Positions 9,266 to 19,579 are shown, counted from the first letter of the stretch. The stretch: 64,000 bases of DNA from a virus (IMGVR_UViG_3300006169_000009:32001-96000); one strand, 5' to 3'. The notes: generated from the letters alone by a model not told the origin. Translations and numbers: made by a program.

Positions 9266-10165
9266 CTAGCCGTACATCCCCTGGTTGCGCTGGGAGCCGG
9301 TCACCCCAAGCCTATCGCGGTACTTCGCGTACTCCGCCATGGACATGTTGTTGATCTGCTCCAGCGTCAACTGCTGGGTGCCGTCGTTGAGGACGTCCAT
9401 CGGTCCCGCCGGTCCTGCGCCACCGGTTCCCACGCCCCTGTTGCGCTGGGCTGCAGCGAAGGCCTTCTGGGCGTCCTCTGCGATCTGCTGGGACTTGGCG
9501 AGCACGACCGACAGCGACTGGTCGACCTCCTCGCGAGTGTTGCCGCCGATGAAGTCGAGCAGTTGCGGGGCGAGGTTGTCCTGGTTCTCGGTGACCTTGG
9601 ACTGGATGTACTGCTGGAGTTCTCCGAACTCGCGCTCGCGCTGGGCCAGAGCCTGGTCGCGCTCACGCTGAGCCTTCAACTCATCGATCTGGGCCTGCCA
9701 GGTCTTCTCGCGCTCCTCCTGCTGCGCGGACCACTCCTGCTCGCGCTGGGCCAGAAGGTCGCGGGCGGACATCTCGTCCTCCTTGCGCTTCTTCTCCGCA
9801 GCCTCGCGCTCCTTGCGCTCGGCGGCTTCGGCCTCTTCGCGCTCGCGCTGCTTGGCCAGCAGTTCATCGACCTGCGTCTTGAAGGCGTTCTGCTGCTTCT
9901 CCGCCTCCTCGCGGGCCTCGCGGTCCTTCTGCTGCTGGGCGTACAACTTGTCCTTCTCCTCCTTGCGGACACGCTCCAGCCGCTCGTTGACCTGCTCCGG
10001 GCTCAGGTAGCCCTCGGGCACAGGAGGAGCCTCGACGGCAGGCTCGGAGCCTCCGGCGATGCGGAAGATGGGACGGCCATCACGACGGTGGCCAAGGATC
10101 TCGTCGGCCAGGTGGCCGAGGGGTGTACGGGTACTACGTGCCACGACTATTCTCCGATCAGTCAT
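9266..10165 (-). CDS. Scaffolding protein
   Basis: Highly charged coiled coil between portal and capsid; C-terminal NMSMAEYAKYR. Confidence 0.8.
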   Translation of the reverse strand: MTDRRIVVARSTRTPLGHLADEILGHRRDGRPIFRIAGGSEPAVEAPPVPEGYLSPEQVNERLERVRKEEKDKLYAQQQKDREAREEAEKQQNAFKTQVDELLAKQREREEAEAAERKEREAAEKKRKEDEMSARDLLAQREQEWSAQQEEREKTWQAQIDELKAQRERDQALAQREREFGELQQYIQSKVTENQDNLAPQLLDFIGGNTREEVDQSLSVVLAKSQQIAEDAQKAFAAAQRNRGVGTGGAGPAGPMDVLNDGTQQLTLEQINNMSMAEYAKYRDRLGVTGSQRNQGMYG

Positions 10166-11879
10166 TCTGCGGGCTTCGGCGCTGCGGCAACTTGGTGCCG
10201 TAGGCCTGTGTCACGATGTCCGACATGAGTTGCCCCATCTCGGCTGACTGCTGACCTCCCATTGCCGGAACCGGCGGTCCTGGCGGTGTAGCCGGAGGGC
10301 CAGAGTCTGGGCTAGATCCCGAAGACGATCCGCTGTCTCCTCCTGCGGAGGTGACCTGCTGCGGTCCTTCTGCCGGAGCCAAGCCCGTAGCAGCGAGAAT
10401 AACAGCCGAGATCTGAGACTTCAGCATGTCCAGAGCGCCCTGCTCCTTGGCATCGGTAACCAGTTCCTCGAAGATCTCCTGCATCTTCTCGTCGGGGAAC
10501 TCCTCGCCCAACTCCTTCAGAGCACCACGCTTGGACTCCAGGCCCAACTGCATCTTCATGGTGATCTCGTTCAACTTGATCAGCGCGTCTACCGGCAGCG
10601 GAGGTGGCCAGTGGATGACGGTCTCATACGTCAGGGGGTCGGATGGGTCCAGCACAGTCGGCTGGCCCTCCTCGATCTTGCCCTGGGTGAACGGGTCGTA
10701 GATCAACTTGTCCTTCTCGAACAGGAACAGCGTTCGCAGGCAGAGTTCGTTGATCTTCTCCAGACCCAGCGAGTAGGTCATCTTCTTGGTGTTGTAGCGC
10801 TGCATCATCGGCTGGTACTGGATCGCCAGTGCCACACCGGAGGTGTTGGAGATCGGCTGCACCTGACCCAGCGCAGTCTCTGGCACGCCGGTCATCTCGT
10901 GCATGCCGCGCTTCAGGATCTCCAGGTACTCGTTGGCAGGGCCGACCGCCTCGGAGCCGCCCTCCAGGTTGTAGACGCGGGCCTCCTTGGGAGGGATCGA
11001 CCAGACCTTCTTCGGCCCCTTCTCCAGGTTGGAGGCCTTGGCTCCGGTGATGATCGTGACCGGCGCAGCGTGGTAGTTGATAATGTCGCTGATCTCCAGG
11101 GCCTTCTCGTTGTACTCCCGGTTCAGCCCGATGATGTCCTGGATGTCTCCCAAGCCCCACGGAGACGAGGAGATCCGCACATTGGGGATGTGGACGACAG
11201 GGATGTGGCCCAGCGGGTTCGGACGCTGGTCCATGATCTCGTCGTTGACGTACTCCTCGATGGTCTCGTCGGTCAGGATCTCGGTGTAGGTGAAGACCTG
11301 CCGAGTCCCTTCCTGGGAGGTACCCCAGAAGCGGTACTTCAACTTGAAGCGCAGCAGCCGCTCACGGTCGTGCGGGTGCCACTCAGGGAAGCAGAAGGCG
11401 GCGTTGAGCGGGAGGATGCGAACGCGGCCAGGGTGGAAGTTGCCAGCCGGGTCTTGGTAGGCAGGGTCGTAGGCGATCTTGACGAACACGTCCCCGGAGA
11501 CTCCGCCCTGCTGGCCCATCTCCCACAACACCGACTCCTTCTCGTTGTCGGTCTCCCAGATCCGCTTCAGCAGGGCTGGGATGATGTGCTCGGTCAGGTG
11601 CGGGCTCTTGAAGTGAACGCCTCGGGAGAACGTGAAGTTGTTGATGAAGTCAGCCAAGGCGCGCACGTAGTTGAACGTGATCTGCGGCTCGCCCGCTTCG
11701 CGACGATATGCCCAGTGATGTCCAAGATAGAAAGCCCAGTTCTGCGCATATCTATTCAATCTAGGACCGTGGACCTCGAACTCTTCGTCGGCCAGTTCCA
11801 CGAGACCAAGCGGCGAGATCGAGACTGTGAGGTCTTGACCCGCCGCACGCATGCTGGGACTCTGGAAGTTGATCGCCAT
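10158..11879 (-). CDS. Portal protein (SPP1 gp6-like)
   Basis: FYLGHH, NPLGHIPVVHIPN, WGLGDI, GVPETALG, SNTSGVAL. Confidence 0.93.
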   Translation of the reverse strand: MAINFQSPSMRAAGQDLTVSISPLGLVELADEEFEVHGPRLNRYAQNWAFYLGHHWAYRREAGEPQITFNYVRALADFINNFTFSRGVHFKSPHLTEHIIPALLKRIWETDNEKESVLWEMGQQGGVSGDVFVKIAYDPAYQDPAGNFHPGRVRILPLNAAFCFPEWHPHDRERLLRFKLKYRFWGTSQEGTRQVFTYTEILTDETIEEYVNDEIMDQRPNPLGHIPVVHIPNVRISSSPWGLGDIQDIIGLNREYNEKALEISDIINYHAAPVTIITGAKASNLEKGPKKVWSIPPKEARVYNLEGGSEAVGPANEYLEILKRGMHEMTGVPETALGQVQPISNTSGVALAIQYQPMMQRYNTKKMTYSLGLEKINELCLRTLFLFEKDKLIYDPFTQGKIEEGQPTVLDPSDPLTYETVIHWPPPLPVDALIKLNEITMKMQLGLESKRGALKELGEEFPDEKMQEIFEELVTDAKEQGALDMLKSQISAVILAATGLAPAEGPQQVTSAGGDSGSSSGSSPDSGPPATPPGPPVPAMGGQQSAEMGQLMSDIVTQAYGTKLPQRRSPQND

Positions 11880-11888
11880 AGGCTAACC

Positions 11889-12650
11889 CTACCGTCTTAC
11901 CGGCTTCAGCAGATTCTGCAACTCTCCGACACTTCGCTGACGAGGGATGTCTCCGAATAGACGATGTGCGTGGTATGCCTCTACGTCGGTGGGGTCCTCA
12001 GTCTCCTCAACATGCTGACCGACCGTACGGCCAGAGAATAGATCCATCTGGTTCTTGTGTACTTCCGGCTGGGTTACTTCCTTCTTCCCGAAGGCGGCGT
12101 CCCAACTCTGGTTGAGGTACTTCTCGTGCTCAGGAGTCCCGTACCGAGGTTCTACTGGGTCGTCGTTCCGAGGATGGTTGACGTCCTCTGCACCCGCACT
12201 GACGTGCTTGAACTGATTCCAGTTGACCGGAGGAAGCGTCCCCTGGCGACCCGGCATGACATCGATCCGTCCGGTCGCCTTGAACGCCGGAGCGACCCAC
12301 TCCCGTAGATCGTCGTGATGTTCAGGGTTATGAGACGGAGACGCTGGGTGATAGTGACCTGGCTTCATCGCAGGGTTGGGGTCTACCTGGAGCACATGAG
12401 CACGACCCGGAGGCTTATCCGCGTAGCCTGCCTTCACCGCGCTGTCCTTCATCACGTGGGCCTGCTTGGCGAACTTCCAGGCGATGTTCTCACTCTCCGA
12501 AGCGTGGGCGACCTTCATGGCGTTCTGACCTTCGGAGGGACCCCTGCCCCAGACACTATTGCCGGTCTTCTCCGCAGGCAAGACCCTGCCGCCCTCGGCC
12601 ATGATGTCGTGTGTGGTCCCGTGAAAGAAGGAGCCCCTACGTCCTTCCAT
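11889..12650 (-). CDS. ADP-ribosyltransferase (Arr-like H-x-T class)
   Basis: FFHGT...AHASES..AWKFA...HVLQVDP...EW; paralog of 61482..62144. Confidence 0.6.
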   Translation of the reverse strand: MEGRRGSFFHGTTHDIMAEGGRVLPAEKTGNSVWGRGPSEGQNAMKVAHASESENIAWKFAKQAHVMKDSAVKAGYADKPPGRAHVLQVDPNPAMKPGHYHPASPSHNPEHHDDLREWVAPAFKATGRIDVMPGRQGTLPPVNWNQFKHVSAGAEDVNHPRNDDPVEPRYGTPEHEKYLNQSWDAAFGKKEVTQPEVHKNQMDLFSGRTVGQHVEETEDPTDVEAYHAHRLFGDIPRQRSVGELQNLLKPVRR

Positions 12651-13251
12651 AGCCGCTCTGCGGATGGCGAGGCTTCAACTCACCCGCAGCCTCCGCGATG
12701 CCCTTGCCCTTGACGGCCATGACCCGCACGAGGTTCGCCTGGTAGGACTCGGCGTAGTGGTTGGCGTTCAAATGGGAGGTGTCGCCCTGGGTCCGCTGTG
12801 CGGTACGGAACTGCGCGTTGGTCCGGTTCTTGGCCAGCCGGTTCGCCTCGTTCCAGGTCGAGGTCTGCTTCTGGTTGCGGTAGAAGTCGTGGACCTCCTT
12901 GCGGGCGCTCTTGTCCGCATGGCTCATGCCTTCCCAGCGGTCAGACTCAGCGTAACCGTGGGTAGTCATGGAGAAGGTGCCTCTCGGCCCGTTGAAGTCT
13001 CCGCTGTAGTTGCTGCGATCATGCAGCAGGCCGCGACTCGCCAGCGTGTTGACCTCGCTGGTACGAGCACTGCCGAACTCAGAGCGCTCGTCCGCGAACG
13101 TCGGACCCTTGCGAGGCGTGTTGCGCGAGGCGTACGCCTGCCCGGTCTGCGCGTCTCCGGTACGGCGCACAGACGGGTTGGCGTTCTGGTCCTTGAACCT
13201 CTTCGGCGGCCCCGGTGCCGTTCCTGGCCAAGGGGCTTCTCCCCTAGCCAC
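12637..13251 (-). CDS. Hypothetical basic protein in the head operon
   Basis: Co-oriented, coupled ORF with GTG start. Confidence 0.6.
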   Translation of the reverse strand: MARGEAPWPGTAPGPPKRFKDQNANPSVRRTGDAQTGQAYASRNTPRKGPTFADERSEFGSARTSEVNTLASRGLLHDRSNYSGDFNGPRGTFSMTTHGYAESDRWEGMSHADKSARKEVHDFYRNQKQTSTWNEANRLAKNRTNAQFRTAQRTQGDTSHLNANHYAESYQANLVRVMAVKGKGIAEAAGELKPRHPQSGYGRT

Positions 13252-13254
13252 GGC

Positions 13255-13671
13255 TCAGTCCTCGACTTCTGCCGGGTTCCGACGCTCGTAGCGCGCACCG
13301 GTCGGGTTCGGACGGCCTCGGTTGACCTGCTCGTACTTCAGCGCGGCGAAGTCGTTGTTGGAGCCGTGACCGAACTCACCGAGATAGGTTGGAGCCTCGA
13401 CCCAGGCGGCGGAGCCGACGTGGGCGCGCTCGCGCATGGTCTCCTCGGGGTACTTCTCGTACACGTTGCGGTTGTGGTTGGGACGGCCCGGCGCAGGCAC
13501 GTAGCCCTGCATGACGCCCTTGGTGAACTCGTCGGGGACGTCGGTGTCGGTCGCGATCCCCTCTTCGAAGCGCAGCGGGCCACGCCGGGAGTTGTTCTGC
13601 CCGAACTTCTCCTCGTAGACGTTCCCGACCTGCTCAGGGAACTGAGGGTTCGGGGCGAGGTTGTCAGCCAT
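13255..13671 (-). CDS. Conserved head-module protein (MADNLAPNPQF...)
   Basis: RRGPLRFEEGIATDTDVP and ERAHVGSAAWVEAP; RBS GGAAGG before ATG 13671. The track start at 14049 overlaps the previous gene. Confidence 0.7.
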   Translation of the reverse strand: MADNLAPNPQFPEQVGNVYEEKFGQNNSRRGPLRFEEGIATDTDVPDEFTKGVMQGYVPAPGRPNHNRNVYEKYPEETMRERAHVGSAAWVEAPTYLGEFGHGSNNDFAALKYEQVNRGRPNPTGARYERRNPAEVED

Positions 13672-13724
13672 GCTCTTTACCTTCCTCGGCGGATGCGCAT
13701 CTCTAGCCATTGCCAGGATACTAC

Positions 13725-16700
13725 TCAGGTTACGGGATGCCACACTCCGTCCTTCAGTACCCGAAGTTGCACGACCTTGCGGCGCTTGCCGTTGATGACT
13801 ACGAACGGTCGCGCAGCGTGACGTACGCCGTCCATGAACACGGCCAGAATCTCTCCGACCGTCAGAGTGTTGACGTTCCAGCGGACGTCTAGGTTCCGGG
13901 CCAACTCCTGCTCGATGTGCCACATGAGGTCGGCATCGGCCAGGACCAGTCGTACAGCATCCCAGCCGAACTCGATCTCCCGGTTCTGGACCTGACGGGT
14001 GTTCCAGGCGGCGTTCAATACAAGCGCCACAGCCTGAAGTGTGTGCCAAGAAAGGTACAGATCGTTCTCGGCTCGCTGCTGGCTCTCCCAGCCTGCCGCA
14101 AGATCCCGTAGCAGCCGCTCACGGACGTCCCAAGACAGGTCCGTCTCCTTAGCAGCCCAGCCGATCGTGTTCCACAAGGCCTCCAGGCTCAGGCCGACCA
14201 GTTCGAGGCCCTCGGTGTTCCACAGCAGTTCGGCATCCGAAGCCTGCCGCTGCAGCGCCTGCCAGGCCGCCTCCACCTCGGTCCCGGCCAACTCGTTCGA
14301 GGACCAGACCTGATCCAGGCTCTTCCCGACCTTCTCCTGGATCTCCCAGGAAGTGATCAGTGCAGCCGCCAGTGCCGTACGGGAGTCCCACAGCAGGATG
14401 GAGTCGGCGCTGATGTTGGCCTCGATGTTCCACTCGATCACGCTCTGTGACTGGGCTACCTCCTGCGCGGCCCACAGCAGTTCAACCGCCTGCGAGGCCA
14501 GCGCGGAGACGTTCCACAGCGACTCGTAGTCCTGGCTGATGATGTCGAGCACGCCCCACTGAGCCGCAAGATCGGACAGAGTCTGGGCCAGCAGGTTCCA
14601 GACCAGGCTCACGTCCTGGTCGACAGCCTCCAGGACGTTCCAGAACAGGTCCACGCCAGCGGCCACCGATGCGATGTTCTGGACGTTCCACTCCAGGCCG
14701 ACATCGTTACCCAATCTGAGAACGACATCCCACAGTGCGCTCAGTCCGTTACCGACCGTAGCGTAGGCGTCCCAGCGCAGGTCACTGGTCTGGTTGATTG
14801 CAGCCCGTACGTCCCACGGAGTAGCCAGGGGGTTGTTGACCGCATTCAGCGCATCCCAGGATCCGGCGAAGTCCCGGCTGATCAGGCCCAGGGCGTTCCA
14901 GATAGCCGCTGAGTCTGCTGCCGCCAGAGCCTGGTCGTTCCACACCAGCGCAGAGTCTGCATTCTGCATAGCGAGCGCGTTCCAAATTGCCTGGTTGCTC
15001 AGCCCGGCCACGGCGTAGTCGTGCCAGATCGCCTGGTGGTCGGAGTTGACCGGCACGCTGACGTTCCACAGTGCCTGCACTACCTGACTTGCGGCTGCGT
15101 AGACCTCCCACAGCGCCTGGCTGCTCTGCCCGACCAAGGCCGAAACGTTCCACAACTTCTGGTTGCTCTGTCCGACCGAGACCAACGTGTCCCACACGTA
15201 CTGGCTGCTTTGGTTGACCACAGTCGAGATGTTCCACAGAGCCTGGTTACTCTGGGTCACTAGACTGTTGAGGTTCCACAGAGCCTGGTTGCTCTGGTTG
15301 ACTGCCGCGTAGACGTCCCAGACCTCCTGGACGTCAGCGTTGACCAGGCTTTGGACGTTCCACTTCGCCTGGCTGGTCTTGCCTACCGACTCCGGGATCT
15401 CAGCAGCAGTGACCACCACGTTGCGGAACTGGGTCCGGGTACCGGCTGCGCCGAACCAGACGTAGCCTCCTCGCCCCTGAGCCGTGTGCGTGGACGTGAC
15501 GTTGGTGCCCAGCGTGAGGTTGTCCAGCCGGATCGAGGAGCCGGTCACGGTGATGCGGAACGTGTACCACGTGTCCAGCGTGAGTGTGCCTACGGTCGCC
15601 CAGGCGTCCACGACAGGGTCGGTGCCGTCTCCAGCCATAGCCCGGACCTGGAGGTTTCCGTTGCGCCGGAAGACACACGAGTAGCCCTGCCAGGTCGGGT
15701 TGCCGTCCGCGCCTCCGGCGAACCCGACCGTGTCCTCGTCCGCGAACGCGACCGTGAAGTTGGCGACCGCCGAGAATGACTCGACCATCTTGGCCTCGAA
15801 GTCCAGCGTCCAGGTGTCGTGGAAGGCACTGCCTCCGATGGGAGACATCCAACCCTGAAGGATCGCGGACTCCACCGAGGCCACGCCGATCTCGTTGTCG
15901 ATCCCCCAGCCGTCCGGGGCGGTGAACTCACCGACCGTCGATCCGCCGTTGATCTGCCCACCGCTGTAGTACCCGTGGAACCACTCCTGGTCGGCGTACG
16001 GGTCAGCGGTCAGCCTGGCCTTGCCCGAGACGTAGGGAGCATCATCGGTGATGATCCCGTCCGCGCCCATCTCCCTGGCCGCGTCCGCACTGGTCTTGTC
16101 GTTGATCGTCCACATCCACACCTCGATGCCTGCGGCATGCATGGAGTCGACGTAGGACTGGTCGACGGTGCCGAACTGAACGTTCTCCTGCACTGCCCCA
16201 TCGGCAATCGGCACAGACGGGTTCGTACCCTGCGGGTCGCGATTCGCCAGCGGATACCCAGCCGTACGACAGGCGTCCTGGTAGGACTTGGTGAACGCTG
16301 GGATGATGACGTTGTCCTTGATCTGGACGTACTGGTCCAACAGATCGGGCAGCGCATCTCCTGCCGCCTGGCTCTTAGGCTCAATGGACAGCAGAACCTG
16401 ATCGGCGTAGAGAGTGAGTACTTCCTCCAACTTCGCCATCCGGTACACGCCCTGGTATCCGGGGTTGAGCAGGGCAGCAGGCTTGTACTGCAGTGCGTCC
16501 AGGGCTGCGTCCGTGGACGTGGCGATGGTCAGGTTCGATGTCATCAACGTGCCGGTCGTAGCGTTGTGGTGGCAGTACAGGGTGCCGTCGGCAGAGAGGT
16601 GGACGTCCATCTCCAGGCAGTTCGTGGTGCCGTCGGCCATGCAGGCGGCCATGGCCTCCAGCGTCTCGTCCGGGTACAGCAGGGCTCCCGAACGGTGGTT

Positions 16701-17444
16701 GCTCCACCACGTGCCGGTGTGGGTGTCCCGTAGGTTGACCGGGCCGCCTTCTGCGGTCCCCGGCTTGATCTCTACGGCCCAGGTCAACTTTCGCGAGGAC
16801 TGCGTACAGTTGGCGTTGACTACCTGCTGACCGTCAAGGCGGTACTGGGTGAAGAACTGCGAGGACGGCGTTCCGGTAGAGATGATCGCGCCAGGCATGG
16901 TGTAGCCAGAGCCCGCGCTAGGCGTGACCGAGGTCGTGTTGACCGAATGGAACCCCGCCGTGGCGTTGCCGGATCCGATGGCGTTGGTCAGCGTGACACC
17001 GAACGGGTCAACGGTCTGGTCACTGCTTTCAGCCTGGACGACAGCGCCAGAGCCGTTGGTCCCGCTAGTGTCGGCGTTCTCCCACTGCATTACCGACCAA
17101 CCACAGATCATCTGCACCGCAGAGTGCGTGAAGGTCAGCGCCCCGGCAGTCGGAGAGGCTCCCATGGCTCGGAACAGTGTTAGGCAGATGTTGCCGTTGG
17201 CCGACATCTGAGAGCCGATCTTCTCCCAGGTCAGCCCGCAGCCGGTCATGGTGTCCGTAGGTGCTGCTGTACCGGAGGTACCTCCGGTCTCCACACCGAC
17301 CAGAATCAGCGCGTTGGCCGCTGGCGTGATGCTCGCAGTGCTGTGGGAGGCCTGGTCCGCCGTAGACCAGTCCTGCGTCAGTAGTGTGGGGACGAGTGTT
17401 AGCGGCCCAGACGGCGGAGCCTTCAGCAGGGTGAGTAGCGACAT
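13725..17444 (-). CDS. Large fibre / receptor-binding protein with glycerophosphodiester phosphodiesterase domain, lectin-like domain and 15-aa Trp repeats
   Basis: GDPD motifs NHRSG..PDET, LEMDVHLSADG..CHH, IEPK, WTIND, GADGIITD; C-terminal tandem units such as QSNQALWNVSALVG. Confidence 0.75.
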   Translation of the reverse strand: MSLLTLLKAPPSGPLTLVPTLLTQDWSTADQASHSTASITPAANALILVGVETGGTSGTAAPTDTMTGCGLTWEKIGSQMSANGNICLTLFRAMGASPTAGALTFTHSAVQMICGWSVMQWENADTSGTNGSGAVVQAESSDQTVDPFGVTLTNAIGSGNATAGFHSVNTTSVTPSAGSGYTMPGAIISTGTPSSQFFTQYRLDGQQVVNANCTQSSRKLTWAVEIKPGTAEGGPVNLRDTHTGTWWSNHRSGALLYPDETLEAMAACMADGTTNCLEMDVHLSADGTLYCHHNATTGTLMTSNLTIATSTDAALDALQYKPAALLNPGYQGVYRMAKLEEVLTLYADQVLLSIEPKSQAAGDALPDLLDQYVQIKDNVIIPAFTKSYQDACRTAGYPLANRDPQGTNPSVPIADGAVQENVQFGTVDQSYVDSMHAAGIEVWMWTINDKTSADAAREMGADGIITDDAPYVSGKARLTADPYADQEWFHGYYSGGQINGGSTVGEFTAPDGWGIDNEIGVASVESAILQGWMSPIGGSAFHDTWTLDFEAKMVESFSAVANFTVAFADEDTVGFAGGADGNPTWQGYSCVFRRNGNLQVRAMAGDGTDPVVDAWATVGTLTLDTWYTFRITVTGSSIRLDNLTLGTNVTSTHTAQGRGGYVWFGAAGTRTQFRNVVVTAAEIPESVGKTSQAKWNVQSLVNADVQEVWDVYAAVNQSNQALWNLNSLVTQSNQALWNISTVVNQSSQYVWDTLVSVGQSNQKLWNVSALVGQSSQALWEVYAAASQVVQALWNVSVPVNSDHQAIWHDYAVAGLSNQAIWNALAMQNADSALVWNDQALAAADSAAIWNALGLISRDFAGSWDALNAVNNPLATPWDVRAAINQTSDLRWDAYATVGNGLSALWDVVLRLGNDVGLEWNVQNIASVAAGVDLFWNVLEAVDQDVSLVWNLLAQTLSDLAAQWGVLDIISQDYESLWNVSALASQAVELLWAAQEVAQSQSVIEWNIEANISADSILLWDSRTALAAALITSWEIQEKVGKSLDQVWSSNELAGTEVEAAWQALQRQASDAELLWNTEGLELVGLSLEALWNTIGWAAKETDLSWDVRERLLRDLAAGWESQQRAENDLYLSWHTLQAVALVLNAAWNTRQVQNREIEFGWDAVRLVLADADLMWHIEQELARNLDVRWNVNTLTVGEILAVFMDGVRHAARPFVVINGKRRKVVQLRVLKDGVWHPVT

Positions 17445-17447
17445 GGG

Positions 17448-18068
17448 CTACTCGATGCTGAATACGGCGAGCGCAGAGTAGGAGTACGACAGACCGGTGA
17501 TGTTCTTCAGCGCCATGCCTTCGCCTTCTCGCAAGACGAAGTCGGTGACACGCTCTCCATCGGTGGGGAGGATGTTGAAGTACGGCATGAGGCCGACAGC
17601 CGGGAAAGTCTCTTCGGGGTTCAGCGGGATCTCGAACCACGTGAAGGCTACCGTTCCGCCTGCGGTGTAAGAATGCGCAGCAGTGATCTGCGAGGGGACT
17701 GCTGGGTTGTTGCTGTCGTGGGCGCGGATCGTGATCGCAGTGTTTGAGGTCGTACCCACTGCCGAGGTCTTCTCCACACGCCAGGTCTGGCTGACGCCTG
17801 TGACCGTCGACTGCGAAGGCTGGATGAACAACTTGCGGACCTTCACGACCTTGCCGGACCCCGAAGCGTTGAACAGGTGCAGGTAAACCTTGTTGGACGC
17901 TGCTGTGATCGCGCCGGAGTACGCCGAGTAGGTCGGGATGTCTCCGATCAGGTTCCCGGTAGGGTTGGCCGGGATAAAGACCTGATACTCCTTGCCGTTG
18001 ATCAACTGGGTAGCGACAAGCGCCCCTGACCCAGGGGTTACGGCTACGGAGTCGTTGGCCTCAGCCAC
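17448..18068 (-). CDS. Minor tail / virion protein
   Basis: Beta-rich; LFNASGSGK motif; in the fibre cluster. Confidence 0.55.
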   Translation of the reverse strand: MAEANDSVAVTPGSGALVATQLINGKEYQVFIPANPTGNLIGDIPTYSAYSGAITAASNKVYLHLFNASGSGKVVKVRKLFIQPSQSTVTGVSQTWRVEKTSAVGTTSNTAITIRAHDSNNPAVPSQITAAHSYTAGGTVAFTWFEIPLNPEETFPAVGLMPYFNILPTDGERVTDFVLREGEGMALKNITGLSYSYSALAVFSIE

Positions 18069-18086
18069 GGTTCACCACCTTCAGGA

Positions 18087-18626
18087 TCACGCAGCGGTGT
18101 CGCCCTCGACCCGCAGGGTCACGCCATCGTTGTTGAGGGCTGCCGAGTTGGTGGCTGTACGGCGTACCCAGACCGCCCGAACCTGGCCCGCTGCGAGGTT
18201 GCCAATGGACAGGCCTGCGCCCTTAGTGGTCGGGGAGGAGAAGGTCTGCGTGGACGGAGCGGTGTTCTCGTCCGCGACCTCCTTGGCCTGCGCGGAGGCA
18301 GAGCCGACTGCCGAGGCTGCGGTGGTGTCGACCGAGATGGCCGCGTTGGCTCCGCCCGCGACCTCCGAGACCATCCACACGACCGCGTTCTGCAGCGTGA
18401 GGGTGGCGTGGGAGTTGTGGATGAAGATGCAGCGGTACTCCGCCTCGCTGGCCGCGTTCTCATCACCGGAGATGACGTCGAACAGGTTGTGGAGCGTGGC
18501 GGTGGTGATCTCAGTGGTCGAGACGTACTTGCCCAGAGAGCCTCCAGCCGTACCCGCAGTGCTGTTCCCCGCCGACCCGGAGGTCACCGAGTACTTGTAC
18601 TTGATGTCGGAAGATGCGATTGGCAC
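18087..18626 (-). CDS. Minor tail / virion protein
   Basis: SLGKYVS, LHNLFDVISG, EYRCIFIHN, AVWVRR. Confidence 0.6.
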   Translation of the reverse strand: MPIASSDIKYKYSVTSGSAGNSTAGTAGGSLGKYVSTTEITTATLHNLFDVISGDENAASEAEYRCIFIHNSHATLTLQNAVVWMVSEVAGGANAAISVDTTAASAVGSASAQAKEVADENTAPSTQTFSSPTTKGAGLSIGNLAAGQVRAVWVRRTATNSAALNNDGVTLRVEGDTAA

Positions 18627-18635
18627 GGGGGACTC

Positions 18636-18836
18636 CTATTCCTCACTCAGTCCGTACTCTACCCACAAAGATCCATCGGGCTCGTCCCCAGACGGCTCCG
18701 TGCCCACAGGAACAGTGTAGACGTGCGCGCTCGATGACTGCACTGTGTTACGACCGGGCGCAACCACTACGGGGGTCTCACCACGCAGAACCTTGTCCTG
18801 TGAGGAGGACCCGCTATAGATCACCTGATTGCTCAC
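18636..18836 (-). CDS. Small hypothetical protein
   Basis: Coupled co-oriented ORF. Confidence 0.55.
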   Translation of the reverse strand: MSNQVIYSGSSSQDKVLRGETPVVVAPGRNTVQSSSAHVYTVPVGTEPSGDEPDGSLWVEYGLSEE

Positions 18837-19579
18837 GTCGTCACCTCAGGATCCACGGTGACGAAGCCCTCCACGAAGCGGATCGCGTCTCCGTCACTGT
18901 CGGTCAACTTCAGGTCGTACCGGTACTTCCCCGGAGGCAGGGCCGAGGTGTCCTCATCCGACATGAACAGGTCCACGTTGCCCTGCTGGTCCAGCGTGAT
19001 CCCGGCACTGTCATCGAGGTCCAGGACCACCGTGGACCCGCTCTTGGCCTGCATCTTGGCGGTCCAGCCGGTCATGTCCATGCCAGTGCCGTCCCGCAGC
19101 CACTGGAAGTGCTCACGCCAGGTGGCTCCCTGGTAGATCGTCAGATCCTGGTCGAATGGGAAGTCACTGTCCGGCTCCTCATAGGGGGCACTGTTCGAGG
19201 CAACGAGCGCGGCCATGGTGGTGTCTGCGGTCAGCCCGGTGTCGAACTCCAGGATGTCGGGGCCGACCCGCTGGCGTACGTGGTACTTCCAGCCCTCGGT
19301 CTTTACCAACTTGGTCTCGAACTTGCCGTTGTTCAGCGTCTTGGTGACCGGGTACAGTGCGACCTGGGTGTCACCGACAGTGACGGTCTTGACCGAGGGC
19401 GTGAAGGACACCCGTCCCCAGGGCGCACGACTCCGATACGAAGAGTAGTCGCCGGTCACGGTGACCAACTCGATTCCCTCGGGCGGAACGAAGTCGTCGG
19501 TGTCCAGGGGCGGGTACGCCATGTTCTGCGCGGTCCAGCCAGGGGTCTCCCACGCGTCGTCGTACTGTCCTCGGGCCAT
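18833..19579 (-). CDS. Minor tail protein with BppU-like C-terminal domain
   Basis: DLTIYQGATW..DMTGWTAKMQ..GKYRYDL..RFVEGFVTV. Confidence 0.6.
   Translation of the reverse strand: MARGQYDDAWETPGWTAQNMAYPPLDTDDFVPPEGIELVTVTGDYSSYRSRAPWGRVSFTPSVKTVTVGDTQVALYPVTKTLNNGKFETKLVKTEGWKYHVRQRVGPDILEFDTGLTADTTMAALVASNSAPYEEPDSDFPFDQDLTIYQGATWREHFQWLRDGTGMDMTGWTAKMQAKSGSTVVLDLDDSAGITLDQQGNVDLFMSDEDTSALPPGKYRYDLKLTDSDGDAIRFVEGFVTVDPEVTT

Noticed and set aside
11889-12650. Rifampin-resistance gene arr
   Set aside because: Only the generic ART core motifs are shared; the head-operon context and extra C-terminal blocks argue against assigning antibiotic resistance.
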